Shown here: positions 18,206 through 27,701 of the stretch, piece after piece
How the letters are laid out: each line of letters starts with the position of its first letter
Numbering within the stretch: the stretch's first letter is position 1
Source: a plasmid
DNA: 51,836 nt
Direction: 5' to 3' (one strand)
Sequence record: NZ_CP085772.1
Notes under the pieces: generated by a model
What the model was told of the DNA's origin: nothing
The model's database searches: none
The model's input: only the letters and a program-made list of their open reading frames with translations
Translations under genes and position numbers: made by a program

Positions 18206-19075
18206 ATGGCCAATTGCGCGCTCATTCTTAAAATATCCCTGGCAATGCTGGCGTTTGCTGCAAACTCTATTCTGTGCCGTCTGGCCCTGCAGGGAGGCCA
18301 CATTGATCCCCTTTCATTCAGCAGCCTCAGGCTGGCCAGTGGTGCACTCGTCCTGTCACCTTTCTTGTTTTATCACGCAAAAACTACATTATCGCTGTGG
18401 CGTCCGCTGAGCGGATTTTACCTCATGGTGTACGCAGTGCTCTTCTCTGTCGCCTATATCCATCTCGATACCGGGGCAGGTGCGCTGTTACTTTTTGGTG
18501 CCGTACAGTTTGCGATGGTGATCCACGGATTATTTAAAGGGGAATCACTCTCCGTTATGCGGGCTTGCGGTTTAGTTATTGCTCTGGCAGGAATTGCTGC
18601 CCTGCTGTTACCCGGGGCGAAGGCACCGCCGCTTTACAGTGCACTTATGATGATCGTTGCCGGATTAGCCTGGGCCGCCTATTCCGTCAGGGGGAGGGCG
18701 GGCCAGGCGGCCGGGGCTTCAACGGCGGCAAATTTTGTACTCGCCACGCCGATGGCTCTCGCTCTTTCGTTGCTGTTTATGAAGCAGGGTCACTATGATG
18801 CTGCGGGCATTGCTTTGTCATTGCTGTCCGGTGCCGCCGCCTCAGCCGGTGCATATGTATTGTGGTATACCCTTTTACCCTCTCTCGGCTCTATCACCGC
18901 CAGTACCCTTCAGCTCAGCGTTCCCTGTCTGGCAATGCTAGGGGGTGTGGTATTCCTGGATGAATCACTGACGGTCAGAACGATATTTTCTGCCCTGGCG
19001 GTGCTGACTGGCATTGTGATGGTGACACGCGAGAAATCCCCCCGTCAGTCGATGACAAAGGCGAGAGAACCTTAA
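18206..19075 (+). CDS. EamA/DMT-superfamily transporter
   Basis: 289 aa, ten predicted TM segments. Typical EamA repeats. Confidence 0.7.
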   Translation: MANCALILKISLAMLAFAANSILCRLALQGGHIDPLSFSSLRLASGALVLSPFLFYHAKTTLSLWRPLSGFYLMVYAVLFSVAYIHLDTGAGALLLFGAVQFAMVIHGLFKGESLSVMRACGLVIALAGIAALLLPGAKAPPLYSALMMIVAGLAWAAYSVRGRAGQAAGASTAANFVLATPMALALSLLFMKQGHYDAAGIALSLLSGAAASAGAYVLWYTLLPSLGSITASTLQLSVPCLAMLGGVVFLDESLTVRTIFSALAVLTGIVMVTREKSPRQSMTKAREP

Positions 19076-19208
19076 TAACGCAATTAATTCATGCAGTTGT
19101 GATGATTCTCTTATGTTAATCACACGAGCCAGTTTTCCCGCTCCGGCATCAGACTGACAGTAATACTGAGGTCGACGTTTCTGACTACACCTAAGGCAGG
19201 TTTATGAA

Positions 19209-19336
19209 ATGAAATATGATTTTGATGAGTACGTAAGCAGAGAGAAAACAGACAGTCTCACCGTGGACGGCTGGCGGGAATACCTGTTTTCGGGACAGTC
19301 CGAATTTGCAATGCGGTATCCGGCAGAAGGGCTAAT
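19209..19336 (+). pseudogene. malY/patB-like PLP-dependent C-S lyase, N-terminal fragment (interrupted by transposon)
   Basis: MKYDFDEYVSREKTDSLTVDGW resembles the MalY/PatB N-terminus. The frame continues across the insertion into 24815..25910. Confidence 0.7.
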
Positions 19337-19535
19337 TGTAACGGCTCGCAATCGAAATCCTTCGGGCTCGCAATCAGCGCAATTTTCGGCTCAGATTAAG
19401 TGACAATGAAAATCCTCACAGGCTCACATTAAGTGATAATGAGCTCGCGTTTATCTTTTCCGGCTCGCCATTCATTGCCTCGGGCTCACAATAAATGCAA
19501 ATGAAAATTCTCCCATTGCGTCACCAGTAGATAAT

Positions 19536-20195
19536 TTATTGCTTCTTATGCTGGCGAAACAGGGCTGTCAAGACCCTTTCAATCATCTCTTTCACCACCT
19601 CAGATTTCGGACGCTCCAGCGCCGTCAACGCCAACCCTTTTTCCAGTGTGATAATAAAACAGGCAAACGCTTCAGGAGCAAGGTAAGCAGGCAGCTCTCC
19701 ACATTGCTGCGCCTCTCGCGCTTCGTTTTCCAGCCACTGGGTAAATGCCTGCCTTTCATCGCGTAATTGTGCGGCAAGGCCTCCTTCATCAATCTGGAAA
19801 GCCAGTGCGGAAAAGGTCATGGCGCACCCCAACGGTTTACCGTCACAACTGAACAACGTAAAGGCGTCATGAAGAAAATGACGCATCCGTTGTTCGAAAG
19901 TTTGTGTTTGATCCTGCAGACACTGTTCCAGCCCCCCCAACCAGTGCTGGCGGTAATACATAAGCGCCGCCGCATACATCCCCTCTTTGTTACCGAAGGC
20001 CAGATACAGCGATGGAGGTTTCATTCCGGTTACATGGGTCAGGTCTGCTATCGAGGTTGAGGCATATCCCTTTTGCGCAAAAACCTGAAATAACGCCTCC
20101 GCCAGCTTATCTGATGAGATGAGTTTTGGCCTGCCAGTTTTTTTCTTTTCAATCATGGAGATAGCCTTATCTTTTAACTTAATCATTATGTTCAT
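19536..20195 (-). CDS. TetR-family transcriptional regulator (transposon cargo)
   Basis: N-terminal HTH GRPKLISSDKLAEALFQVFAQKGY. Confidence 0.7.
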   Translation of the reverse strand: MNIMIKLKDKAISMIEKKKTGRPKLISSDKLAEALFQVFAQKGYASTSIADLTHVTGMKPPSLYLAFGNKEGMYAAALMYYRQHWLGGLEQCLQDQTQTFEQRMRHFLHDAFTLFSCDGKPLGCAMTFSALAFQIDEGGLAAQLRDERQAFTQWLENEAREAQQCGELPAYLAPEAFACFIITLEKGLALTALERPKSEVVKEMIERVLTALFRQHKKQ

Positions 20196-20296
20196 AGTAT
20201 CATGTTTTATAGTTATCGCTAAAAAACAATTGCATCACTGAAATATTTACCTTATATTTTTTATTGATCACTACAAAATACGAACGGGATAGGCGT

Positions 20297-20563
20297 ATGA
20301 GAAAGTTCATTATTGCTGCAATATTGAGTCTGAGCATCCTGCCCGTGCTGACACAGGCATCAACCGAAATCAACAATTCTCACCAGTGCGAATTGCTTCG
20401 CCTTGGGAGCATCAGTGTTTCAGGTGGCACGATTGATGAGTTGACTAGCAAGCTTGCAGCAAAAGCAGAAAAATCAGGCGCCGATTATTTCCGCATCACT
20501 TATTTAAATACCAATGCCCATGGATATGCCACTGCAACGCTATACGACAATGCAGGCGCTTAG
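20297..20563 (+). CDS. DUF1471 (YdgH/BhsA/McbA-family) small periplasmic stress protein (cargo)
   Basis: Signal peptide plus GADYFRIT motif typical of the family. Confidence 0.6.
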   Translation: MRKFIIAAILSLSILPVLTQASTEINNSHQCELLRLGSISVSGGTIDELTSKLAAKAEKSGADYFRITYLNTNAHGYATATLYDNAGA

Positions 20564-20655
20564 CTGCAACATAAATTTGACAAGTTAATCTGTTACATAA
20601 GGGATGTGTGGCTACAGAACCCTTATGGCTTTTTACATACGCAAAGGAAAATATT

Positions 20656-21132
20656 ATGAAAACAAACATTAAAGCGCTGTTTTTTGCTTCGCACCTGGCT
20701 TTATTTGGCGTGGGTTTCGGTGTCGGTATCTATGTACTGCCTATCCTCACCGCTGAGAAAAACTCCAGTGCTGATGAAATTAAGGAAGTTAAAAATAATG
20801 CCCGCTACACGGGGGCATTTTTTAAAAACCAAAAAGGGAGTAATGCTGTTCACTGGGTTGATGGAAAGCTGTATGTCTCCGATCAAGAAATCGCATTTGA
20901 AGGTAGCATTGCTCCAGGTCCGGATTACAAGATCTATCTGACCAAAACCCAGGCTGATGATCGTAATTCATTTTTAAAAATAAAAGAAGAATCATTATAT
21001 ATAGGTGATTTGAAAAACTACGGCAACTTCAAAAAGAACCTGCCAAATGGTGTCAATATTGATGAATACACCACTGTGCAAATCTGGTGCGAAAAATTCG
21101 AGCAATTTATTGGTTCAGCCCAATACAGGTAG
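20656..21132 (+). CDS. Hypothetical N-terminal-TM-anchored protein, possibly DM13-domain (cargo)
   Basis: RBS AAAGGAAA. N-terminal TM helix. C-terminal domain of unknown function. Confidence 0.4.
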   Translation: MKTNIKALFFASHLALFGVGFGVGIYVLPILTAEKNSSADEIKEVKNNARYTGAFFKNQKGSNAVHWVDGKLYVSDQEIAFEGSIAPGPDYKIYLTKTQADDRNSFLKIKEESLYIGDLKNYGNFKKNLPNGVNIDEYTTVQIWCEKFEQFIGSAQYR

Positions 21133-21329
21133 TGGGGTAAAACACGGGTTACTGGAGTTATTTTCGCAAACAGATCATGACGCTCTCTGTGTGACTGGCG
21201 CAATGATCACCGGATACGCTCGCAATTAAGGCTATCGGACCTTAAGACTCTGTCAAAATAGATAAACTGGAATATCCATTTACCCATATGGGGTCGTCTG
21301 GCGTACTGCAATTCAGTCAGCAAATCTCA

Positions 21330-21470
21330 TGGAGTAAAATCGTATTTTATGGGTGCACCCAAAGCATACAGTTTGGTGAGACAGTTTTTCTGTCTCATTT
21401 GGATTGTTTTTGTCTCATCTGCATGTTACGTTTTCCTCATCTAGAGTCTAACGAGACATTTTTCATAACA
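21330..21470. promoter_or_regulatory. Putative res site upstream of tnpR (TGTCTCA repeats including inverted pair tgagacag-ttttt-ctgtctca)
   Basis: Three TGTCTCA-type motifs within about 120 bp. Confidence 0.45.
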
Positions 21471-22031
21471 ATGGCTTTTTACGGTTATGCCCGGGTTTCA
21501 ACCAACGACCAGGATCTGGATTTGCAAATACAGACGCTTCGCGCCGCTGGCTGCGAAATCATCCGTTCAGAAAAAGCGAGCGGGACCAGCCGCGATGGAC
21601 GAACTGAGCTGCAACTGTTGCTGGATTTTCTGCGTAAGGGAGACACGCTGATTGTCACGCGAGTCGATCGCCTGGCCCGTAGCATTAAAGATTTGCAGGA
21701 TATCGTGTATGCCCTGAATCAGCAGGGCATTACCCTCAAGGCAACAGAACAACCTGTGGATACGCGCACCGCAGCAGGTAAGGCGTTTCTGGATATGCTG
21801 GGTGTCTTCGCTGAGTTTGAAACCAACCTGCGCCGTGAACGCCAGTTGGAAGGTATCGCTGCCGCAAAAGCCCGCGGGGTTTATCAGGGGCGCAAACCGC
21901 GCATCGATCCTGTTGAGGTCCGTCGGTTGTACGTTGAAGAGAAAATGGGCGCAACGGCGATTTCTCGCCAACTGGGGATCGGTCGAGCCTCGGTCTATCG
22001 TGTGCTGGACCGCGATGAGCAGCCGGCGTAA
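21471..22031 (+). CDS. tnpR: Serine resolvase TnpR/BinL-like
   Basis: MAFYGYARVSTNDQ catalytic N-terminus. 186 aa. Confidence 0.85.
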   Translation: MAFYGYARVSTNDQDLDLQIQTLRAAGCEIIRSEKASGTSRDGRTELQLLLDFLRKGDTLIVTRVDRLARSIKDLQDIVYALNQQGITLKATEQPVDTRTAAGKAFLDMLGVFAEFETNLRRERQLEGIAAAKARGVYQGRKPRIDPVEVRRLYVEEKMGATAISRQLGIGRASVYRVLDRDEQPA

Positions 22032-23676
22032 GGCCATTCCAACCGATTCTTTGTTGCAACTGCGACAACGGCTTGACCGTCTGCCACCAAAAAGTCCGGA
22101 ACGCGCGGCCCAGATCACCGCGATGGCGCTACTCTATTGCATTTCCGTCACCACCGTCTATCGTACACTCCGTGCCTTCCAGAAACCTCACATTGCACAC
22201 CGGCGTGATCACGGGAAACCCCGGATACTGCCGCCGTCCGAACTCGAATATTATTGTGAACTGATCGCTGCATTGAAATTACGTACCACCAATAAAGCCG
22301 GTCGTCATCTGTCCACGACGCGTGCCATTCAGTTGCTCGAAGAACATGGTGTGGAAACGACTCAGGGGCTGGTTAAACTTCCAAAGGGGTTGTTGCGCAG
22401 GCCAACGGTTAACCGCTATTTGTCCCTGTTCCGACTCGATCACTCACGTCTGTTACGGGAGCCACCGGCAGCGCGGTTCCAGGCTGAGTGCAGTAATGAC
22501 TGCTGGCAGTTCGATATGTCGCCCTCTGATCTCAAATATATCGAATGTCCTGAGTGGATTGATCCGGCCCGTGGACAACCTACCCTGATGTTATTCAGCG
22601 TGGTGGACGATCGCAGCGGGGTTAATTACCAGGAATACCGCTGTGTGTATGGCGAAGATGCGGAGTCTGCCTTGCGTTTTCTGTTTAATGCCATGGCGCC
22701 TAAAAGTCATCCGGAGATGTCTCTCCAGGGGCGACCGAAAATGCTGTACCTCGATAATGGCCCGGTGGCGAAAAGCCATGTCTTCCAGAATGTGATGCAG
22801 GCGCTGCAGATTGACTGGCAGACACATATGCCGGCAGGCAAGGATGGCACCCGCACCACAGCCCGGTCAAAAGGCAAGGTTGAGCGCCCGTTCCGTTCCG
22901 TCAAAGAAGCCCACGAAACGCTGTATCATTTTCATAAGCCGGAGACTGAACAGCAGGCGAATGAATGGCTCTGGAACTACCTGATACGCTATAACGCACA
23001 ACGACATCGCAGCGAAAAGCATTCCCGTGAGGAAGATTGGCTGATGCATTTGCCACCAAAGGGAGTGCAGGACATGTGCACCTGGGAACAGTACTGTCGC
23101 TTTGCCCGGGAGCCGGAGTCTCGCAAGGTGGGTATCGATGCCCGCATAACGATTGACGGGACAGCTTACGAAGTCGAACCCGACATGGCGGGTGAAACTG
23201 TTATCCTGCTGTGGGGCCTCTTTGATGACGAAATGTTCGTGGAGTTTGACGGTGAAAAGTGGGGGCCTTATTTTCCTGTTTCCGGCCCGATACCTCTGCA
23301 CCGCTATCGGGCATTCAAACGCGGAAAAGCAGCGGTGCGGGCAGACCGTATCCAGTCATTGGCTCGGCAACTGAACTTACCTATCAGCGCCCTGTCCGGT
23401 TGTGACCTCAAACTGGTGGCCGATAGCGTTCAGAGCACGCGGGTGTTGCCACATCAACCCTTCGAGTCCACAGCGTTTGAATACTGTTTTCCTACCCCGG
23501 TGGCAGCGAAGCTGGCTATTGCGGCTGATCTGGCCACACCGCTGGCGAAATTATCGGATGAAGACAAGGCGTTTATCGACCAAGTACTGACAGACACGCT
23601 GATCCGCAGTGAGGTATTTGCCCGGGTCAGGGAGTATTTCCGCAACACCCAATCAGGAGAGGATCATGCGGGTTGA
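22015..23676 (+). CDS. tniA: DDE transposase, TniA/TnsB/Tn552 p480-like (rve core)
   Basis: 553 aa. D,D(35)E integrase core region around DCWQFD....LYLDNGP....E. Confidence 0.8.
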   Translation: MSSRRKAIPTDSLLQLRQRLDRLPPKSPERAAQITAMALLYCISVTTVYRTLRAFQKPHIAHRRDHGKPRILPPSELEYYCELIAALKLRTTNKAGRHLSTTRAIQLLEEHGVETTQGLVKLPKGLLRRPTVNRYLSLFRLDHSRLLREPPAARFQAECSNDCWQFDMSPSDLKYIECPEWIDPARGQPTLMLFSVVDDRSGVNYQEYRCVYGEDAESALRFLFNAMAPKSHPEMSLQGRPKMLYLDNGPVAKSHVFQNVMQALQIDWQTHMPAGKDGTRTTARSKGKVERPFRSVKEAHETLYHFHKPETEQQANEWLWNYLIRYNAQRHRSEKHSREEDWLMHLPPKGVQDMCTWEQYCRFAREPESRKVGIDARITIDGTAYEVEPDMAGETVILLWGLFDDEMFVEFDGEKWGPYFPVSGPIPLHRYRAFKRGKAAVRADRIQSLARQLNLPISALSGCDLKLVADSVQSTRVLPHQPFESTAFEYCFPTPVAAKLAIAADLATPLAKLSDEDKAFIDQVLTDTLIRSEVFARVREYFRNTQSGEDHAG

Positions 23677-24634
23677 GGTAATGGAACATTATGGACTGGC
23701 GCAACCAATCGATCAGGCCGGTTACTATGAGACGGCTCACCATAAGCAGCTTATCAAGGATATCCGCGGTGCTATCCACGAAGGCCGGTTAATTGCCGTT
23801 TGTGGTGTGGTTGGCAGCGACAAGACAGTCACTCTGCGGCGTTTGCAGCAGCGTCTCAGGGAGGAAAATAAAATTACCGTAGCTCGCTCCCTGTCGATTG
23901 AAAAGCACAATATTAAACTGGCCACGCTCATCAACGCGCTCTTTTACGATTTGACGCAGGATAAACAGGTTCAGATCCCCAAACAGGGCGAACGACGCGA
24001 GCGTGAGTTACAGGAACTGGTCAAAAAAGGAAAGCGGCCAGTGGCATTGTTTGTTGATGAAGCGCATGACCTGAACGGGCATACACTGATCGGACTCAAA
24101 AGGCTGATGGAAGTTGTGGAGGACGGTGGCGGCCGGCTGTCGGTTGTTCTGGCCGGTCACCCCAAACTGCGCAATGACCTGCGACGCCCGACTATGGAGG
24201 AGATCGGTTATCGCACGGATATCTTTACGCTGGATGGGATCACCGGTAGCCAACGGGAATATATTCAGTGGCTACTGAAAACCAGTATGGGGAAAGGCAA
24301 GCCGGAAGACATTCTGACCGCCGACGCCCTCGACCTGCTGGCGATGAAACTACGTACCCCACTTCAGGTTCAACTACATCTGACGCTGGCCCTGGAGGCC
24401 GGTTATCAGACGGGAGAAAAGCCGATAACCGCCGCCCTGGTTGAATCGGTACTTTCCCGCCAGCTTGACGATTTGGAGCCGACATTAACGCGTCATGGTT
24501 ATCGACTGAAAGACATGGTGGAGCAGTTTGATGCCAAACCGGCAGAAATCAGGGCCATGTTCAACCATCAGCTCGACCCTGCTCGAACAGCAGAACTGCG
24601 GGACAGGATGCTGGCGGTGGGGCTCCCGATATGA
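23666..24634 (+). CDS. tniB: AAA+ ATP-binding transposition protein TniB-like
   Basis: Walker A GVVGSDKT, Walker B LFVDEAH. Stop abuts the right IR. Confidence 0.8.
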   Translation: MRVEVMEHYGLAQPIDQAGYYETAHHKQLIKDIRGAIHEGRLIAVCGVVGSDKTVTLRRLQQRLREENKITVARSLSIEKHNIKLATLINALFYDLTQDKQVQIPKQGERRERELQELVKKGKRPVALFVDEAHDLNGHTLIGLKRLMEVVEDGGGRLSVVLAGHPKLRNDLRRPTMEEIGYRTDIFTLDGITGSQREYIQWLLKTSMGKGKPEDILTADALDLLAMKLRTPLQVQLHLTLALEAGYQTGEKPITAALVESVLSRQLDDLEPTLTRHGYRLKDMVEQFDAKPAEIRAMFNHQLDPARTAELRDRMLAVGLPI

Positions 24635-24814
24635 CGAATTTCATTTGCAGTTATTGTGAGCCGAAGGAAATGGAATGCGAGCCGAAAAAGATAAACGCGA
24701 GCTCATTGTCACTTAATGTGAGCCCGGGAGGATTTTCATTGTCACTTAATCTGAGCCGAAAATTGCGCTGATTGCGAGCCCGGGGGATTTCGATTGCGAG
24801 CCGTTACAGCTAAT

Positions 24815-25910
24815 CAACCTCTGGGTTGCTGACATGGCTTTTGCCACACCAGAGCCGATTCTTCAGGCCATCAGAGACCGTCTGGATAGAAAAATACTCG
24901 GCTACACTAAAATCTACGACGAAGAATACTATGAGATCTTTGGCAGCTGGTGTGAGCGACAATATGGTCACCGTTTCAAAACGGAAGACATTGTGCTGTC
25001 TCCGGGCATTATTCCCGCGCTGAACCGTCTCGTCCCGCTTCTGACCGACATGGATGACAGTATTCTTATTATGACGCCTTCATATGGCCCGTTTAAAAAG
25101 GCGGGTGAATACAGTCAGCGTCGCGTGGTGTACTCGGCGTTAAAAAAATCAGCAGGCGGCTGGGAACCTGACTGGGAAGACTTTGCACGCAAAGCCAGTC
25201 AGGCCGATTTACGTGTGAAAATTCTTTTCCTGTGTAATCCGCATAACCCGACCGGACGAGTCTGGCGGCCTGATGAACTTAAGCGGATTATTGAAATTTG
25301 CCTGGCCAATGACATCTGGGTGATATCTGACGAAATTCACTGCGACCTGTCCCGAAGCGGTATCGGTCATACACCGGCCGCCTCTCTTTTCCCTGATTCT
25401 ACACGCATTATTACCTGCATGTCCTCGAGTAAAACATTCAATCTGGCCGGGAATTTGTTGGCAAATATCATTATTCCGGATCCCGGTGTCAGAAGCGAGT
25501 GGCGTCTCAGACACGACGAGTTCATCTCTCCACTGAGCCTGGCAGCAAACAAAGCGGCGTGGAGTGAATGTGATGACTGGCTTGTCCATCTGAGGGAATA
25601 TATTGACGGCAATTTCCAGTACCTGCACGACTATCTCAAAAGCTATTTACCCGAAACCAGGTTCTCGATCCCCGAAGGGACATATCTGGCCTGGATAGAT
25701 ATTAGCCGCTACCTGCCCGACACCGCAGGTGAGGATTTATCGCTGTATTTTGCCCGGGAGTCAGGGGTCCTTCTTGAAGGGGGCTTGCTGTTTGTCGACA
25801 ATGGGGACGGATATATCCGGTTAAATCTGGCCTGCCCACGGAGTATGCTGACAGCAGGGATGAAAAGAATTTCACAGGTACTGCGGATACCGGCTCCTCA
25901 TCGTGTATAA
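24815..25910 (+). pseudogene. malY/patB-like C-S lyase, C-terminal ~365 codons (continuation of 19209..19336)
   Basis: DMAFATPEPILQAIRDRL aligns with MalY DMDFATAPCIIEAL. Class I/II aminotransferase fold. Confidence 0.75.
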
Positions 25911-26053
25911 CCCCTTTCTCTCTGGCCGTTTTGTCCTGTCAGGATGTCGTCAGAACCCGGCATAACACCCTGTGCCGGGAACACAAAAGGCACGGATGAA
26001 CAGGTCGTGAATATTCTTAGTGAAGCCTGCTGATGACATGTCTGGCGACAAAA

Positions 26054-26084
26054 AAATGCCGCCCTTAAGGGGCGGCTTATGCCA
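26054..26084 (-). terminator. Intrinsic terminator gccgccc-ttaa-gggcggc + T7 (for the SDR gene; also follows malY on +)
   Basis: Read directly. Confidence 0.55.
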
Positions 26085-26095
26085 GCGTCACGGGG

Positions 26096-26869
26096 TTATC
26101 GTCTGACCGCCATGATGCCCGCATCGACATCCCAGATAGCGCCCGTCACCCATGAGGTTTTGTCAGACAACAGGAAGAGAATAGTGTTTGCCACATCTTC
26201 GGCAGTTCCGACGCGTCCCAGCGGGTGGAAATCGTTCAGCGACTTCATAGCATCTGCGATATCCGCTTTGTCCATGAAGCCTTCGTATATCGGCGTATGA
26301 ACAATCCCGGGAGACACCGCGTTGACACGAATACCCGCGCTGGCCAGCTCAATCGCCAGATTACGCGTCAGGGCATGCAGACCCGCTTTTGCCATTGAAT
26401 AGGCCGAGGCCGGCGAGTCACCCAGTGCAGCCTGAGCACCAATCGAACCGACGTTGACGATAGACCCTTCGAGCTTCGCGGCGAGCATGTTCTTCACGAC
26501 ATCCTGTGTAATAAAGAACGTGGCTCGGTTCAGCGAAAGATACATGTCATAATCGGCAAAGCTGTGCTCGGTAAATCCTTTGGGCATGAAGATACCGGCG
26601 GCATTCACCATCAGGCTGATATCGTGATGGTGAGCATTAATTTCCTGACGGATAGTTTCCATACCTTCTTCGGTCATCAGGTTCGCCGCGATGACCGCAA
26701 CCGGTCCCAGAGGGCTCAGTTCTTTTTGCACCGCTTCGGCTTTGTCTTTTTTATTCCCGGTCAGCACGACACTGCCGCCCGCTTCCAGTACCATGCGTGC
26801 CACGGCCAGGCCCATGCCGCTGGTACCGCCGACGACGAGCAGTTTTTTACCTTTGAAAAAAGTGTTCAT
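26096..26869 (-). CDS. SDR-family oxidoreductase
   Basis: GGTSGMG Rossmann motif. 257 aa. Confidence 0.8.
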   Translation of the reverse strand: MNTFFKGKKLLVVGGTSGMGLAVARMVLEAGGSVVLTGNKKDKAEAVQKELSPLGPVAVIAANLMTEEGMETIRQEINAHHHDISLMVNAAGIFMPKGFTEHSFADYDMYLSLNRATFFITQDVVKNMLAAKLEGSIVNVGSIGAQAALGDSPASAYSMAKAGLHALTRNLAIELASAGIRVNAVSPGIVHTPIYEGFMDKADIADAMKSLNDFHPLGRVGTAEDVANTILFLLSDKTSWVTGAIWDVDAGIMAVRR

Positions 26870-26934
26870 TTTCTGACTCCATTACTGGTGGGTAAGACGT
26901 TGCCGGCAGCGTGAAACTGCCGGCGGTTGACGGA

Positions 26935-27636
26935 TTAAATACTGCAGCCATCCGTTCCGCAGGTCTGACCCGCAGTGGCTGAAAATTCGGTTTGCTGTTC
27001 ATCCCAGACCTGACGCAGGGCATTCAAAAAGTTATCTGCTGCCTGAGCCCCGCTGATGGCATATTTTTCGTTCATCACAAAAACCGGAACGCCGCTGAGG
27101 CCAATAGACTGTGCGTGGGCTTCATCGTCGGAAACGGTGGCGCGAAAATCGTCATTTTCCAGGGCGGCTTCAGCGTCAGCTTTCGGCATACCGGCTTCTA
27201 CGGCCATGGCAACGAGCTGCTGACGGTCAAAGAGAGAGCGACCTTCGGTGATACTGCCATGATAAAAACGTTCTTCCACCGTGTCCGCAATTCCGGCCTT
27301 ACGCGCGGCAACCAGCAGGGTGTGTGCATCTTCTGTATCACCAAACATCATGCCGTCGAAGTTGTAGATCAGACCTTCAGATTTACCGGCGGTGCCCACC
27401 TGATTCATCATCAGCTCCGCTGAATGCTGACTGCCCAGCTTTTTAACGATGGCATCCTTAAAAGGCATCGCGGGAGTACCACCGGCCAGACGGTAGCTGT
27501 GATGGCGGATCACCACCTGGTCGCGAAATTCAAAGCGATTCAGACCCTGTTCAAATCTTTTTTTAGCAATCCAGCACCACGGGCAGACCAAATCTGACCA
27601 GATATCGATGGTAAGGGTGGGTTTCAGCGTTTGCAT
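26935..27636 (-). CDS. DsbA/FrnE-like thiol oxidoreductase (2-hydroxychromene-2-carboxylate isomerase family)
   Basis: CPWC active site near the N-terminus. Confidence 0.75.
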   Translation of the reverse strand: MQTLKPTLTIDIWSDLVCPWCWIAKKRFEQGLNRFEFRDQVVIRHHSYRLAGGTPAMPFKDAIVKKLGSQHSAELMMNQVGTAGKSEGLIYNFDGMMFGDTEDAHTLLVAARKAGIADTVEERFYHGSITEGRSLFDRQQLVAMAVEAGMPKADAEAALENDDFRATVSDDEAHAQSIGLSGVPVFVMNEKYAISGAQAADNFLNALRQVWDEQQTEFSATAGQTCGTDGCSI

Positions 27637-27701
27637 AATGATTCCTCAAAGACGTTGGGCGGTCGGTTCTCACTTATCAGAGAACCGCGACCGTATGGGA
27701 T

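Larger units (their letters stand above)
19337..24808 (+). mobile_element. Tn552/Tn5053-like transposon (~5.47 kb), TGT...ACA termini, ~175-bp imperfect terminal IRs with internal sub-repeats, 6-bp TSD GCTAAT
   Basis: IRs 19337..19508 and 24635..24808 are reverse complements, about 90% identical. GCTAAT at 19331-19336 and 24809-24814. Carries res-tnpR-tniA-tniB. Confidence 0.75.

Noticed and set aside
21802-22014. N-terminal 71-codon extension of the tniA ORF overlapping the resolvase gene.
   Set aside because: The start MSSRRK at 22015 gives the ATGA-type coupling with the tnpR stop. The extension overlaps tnpR in another frame.
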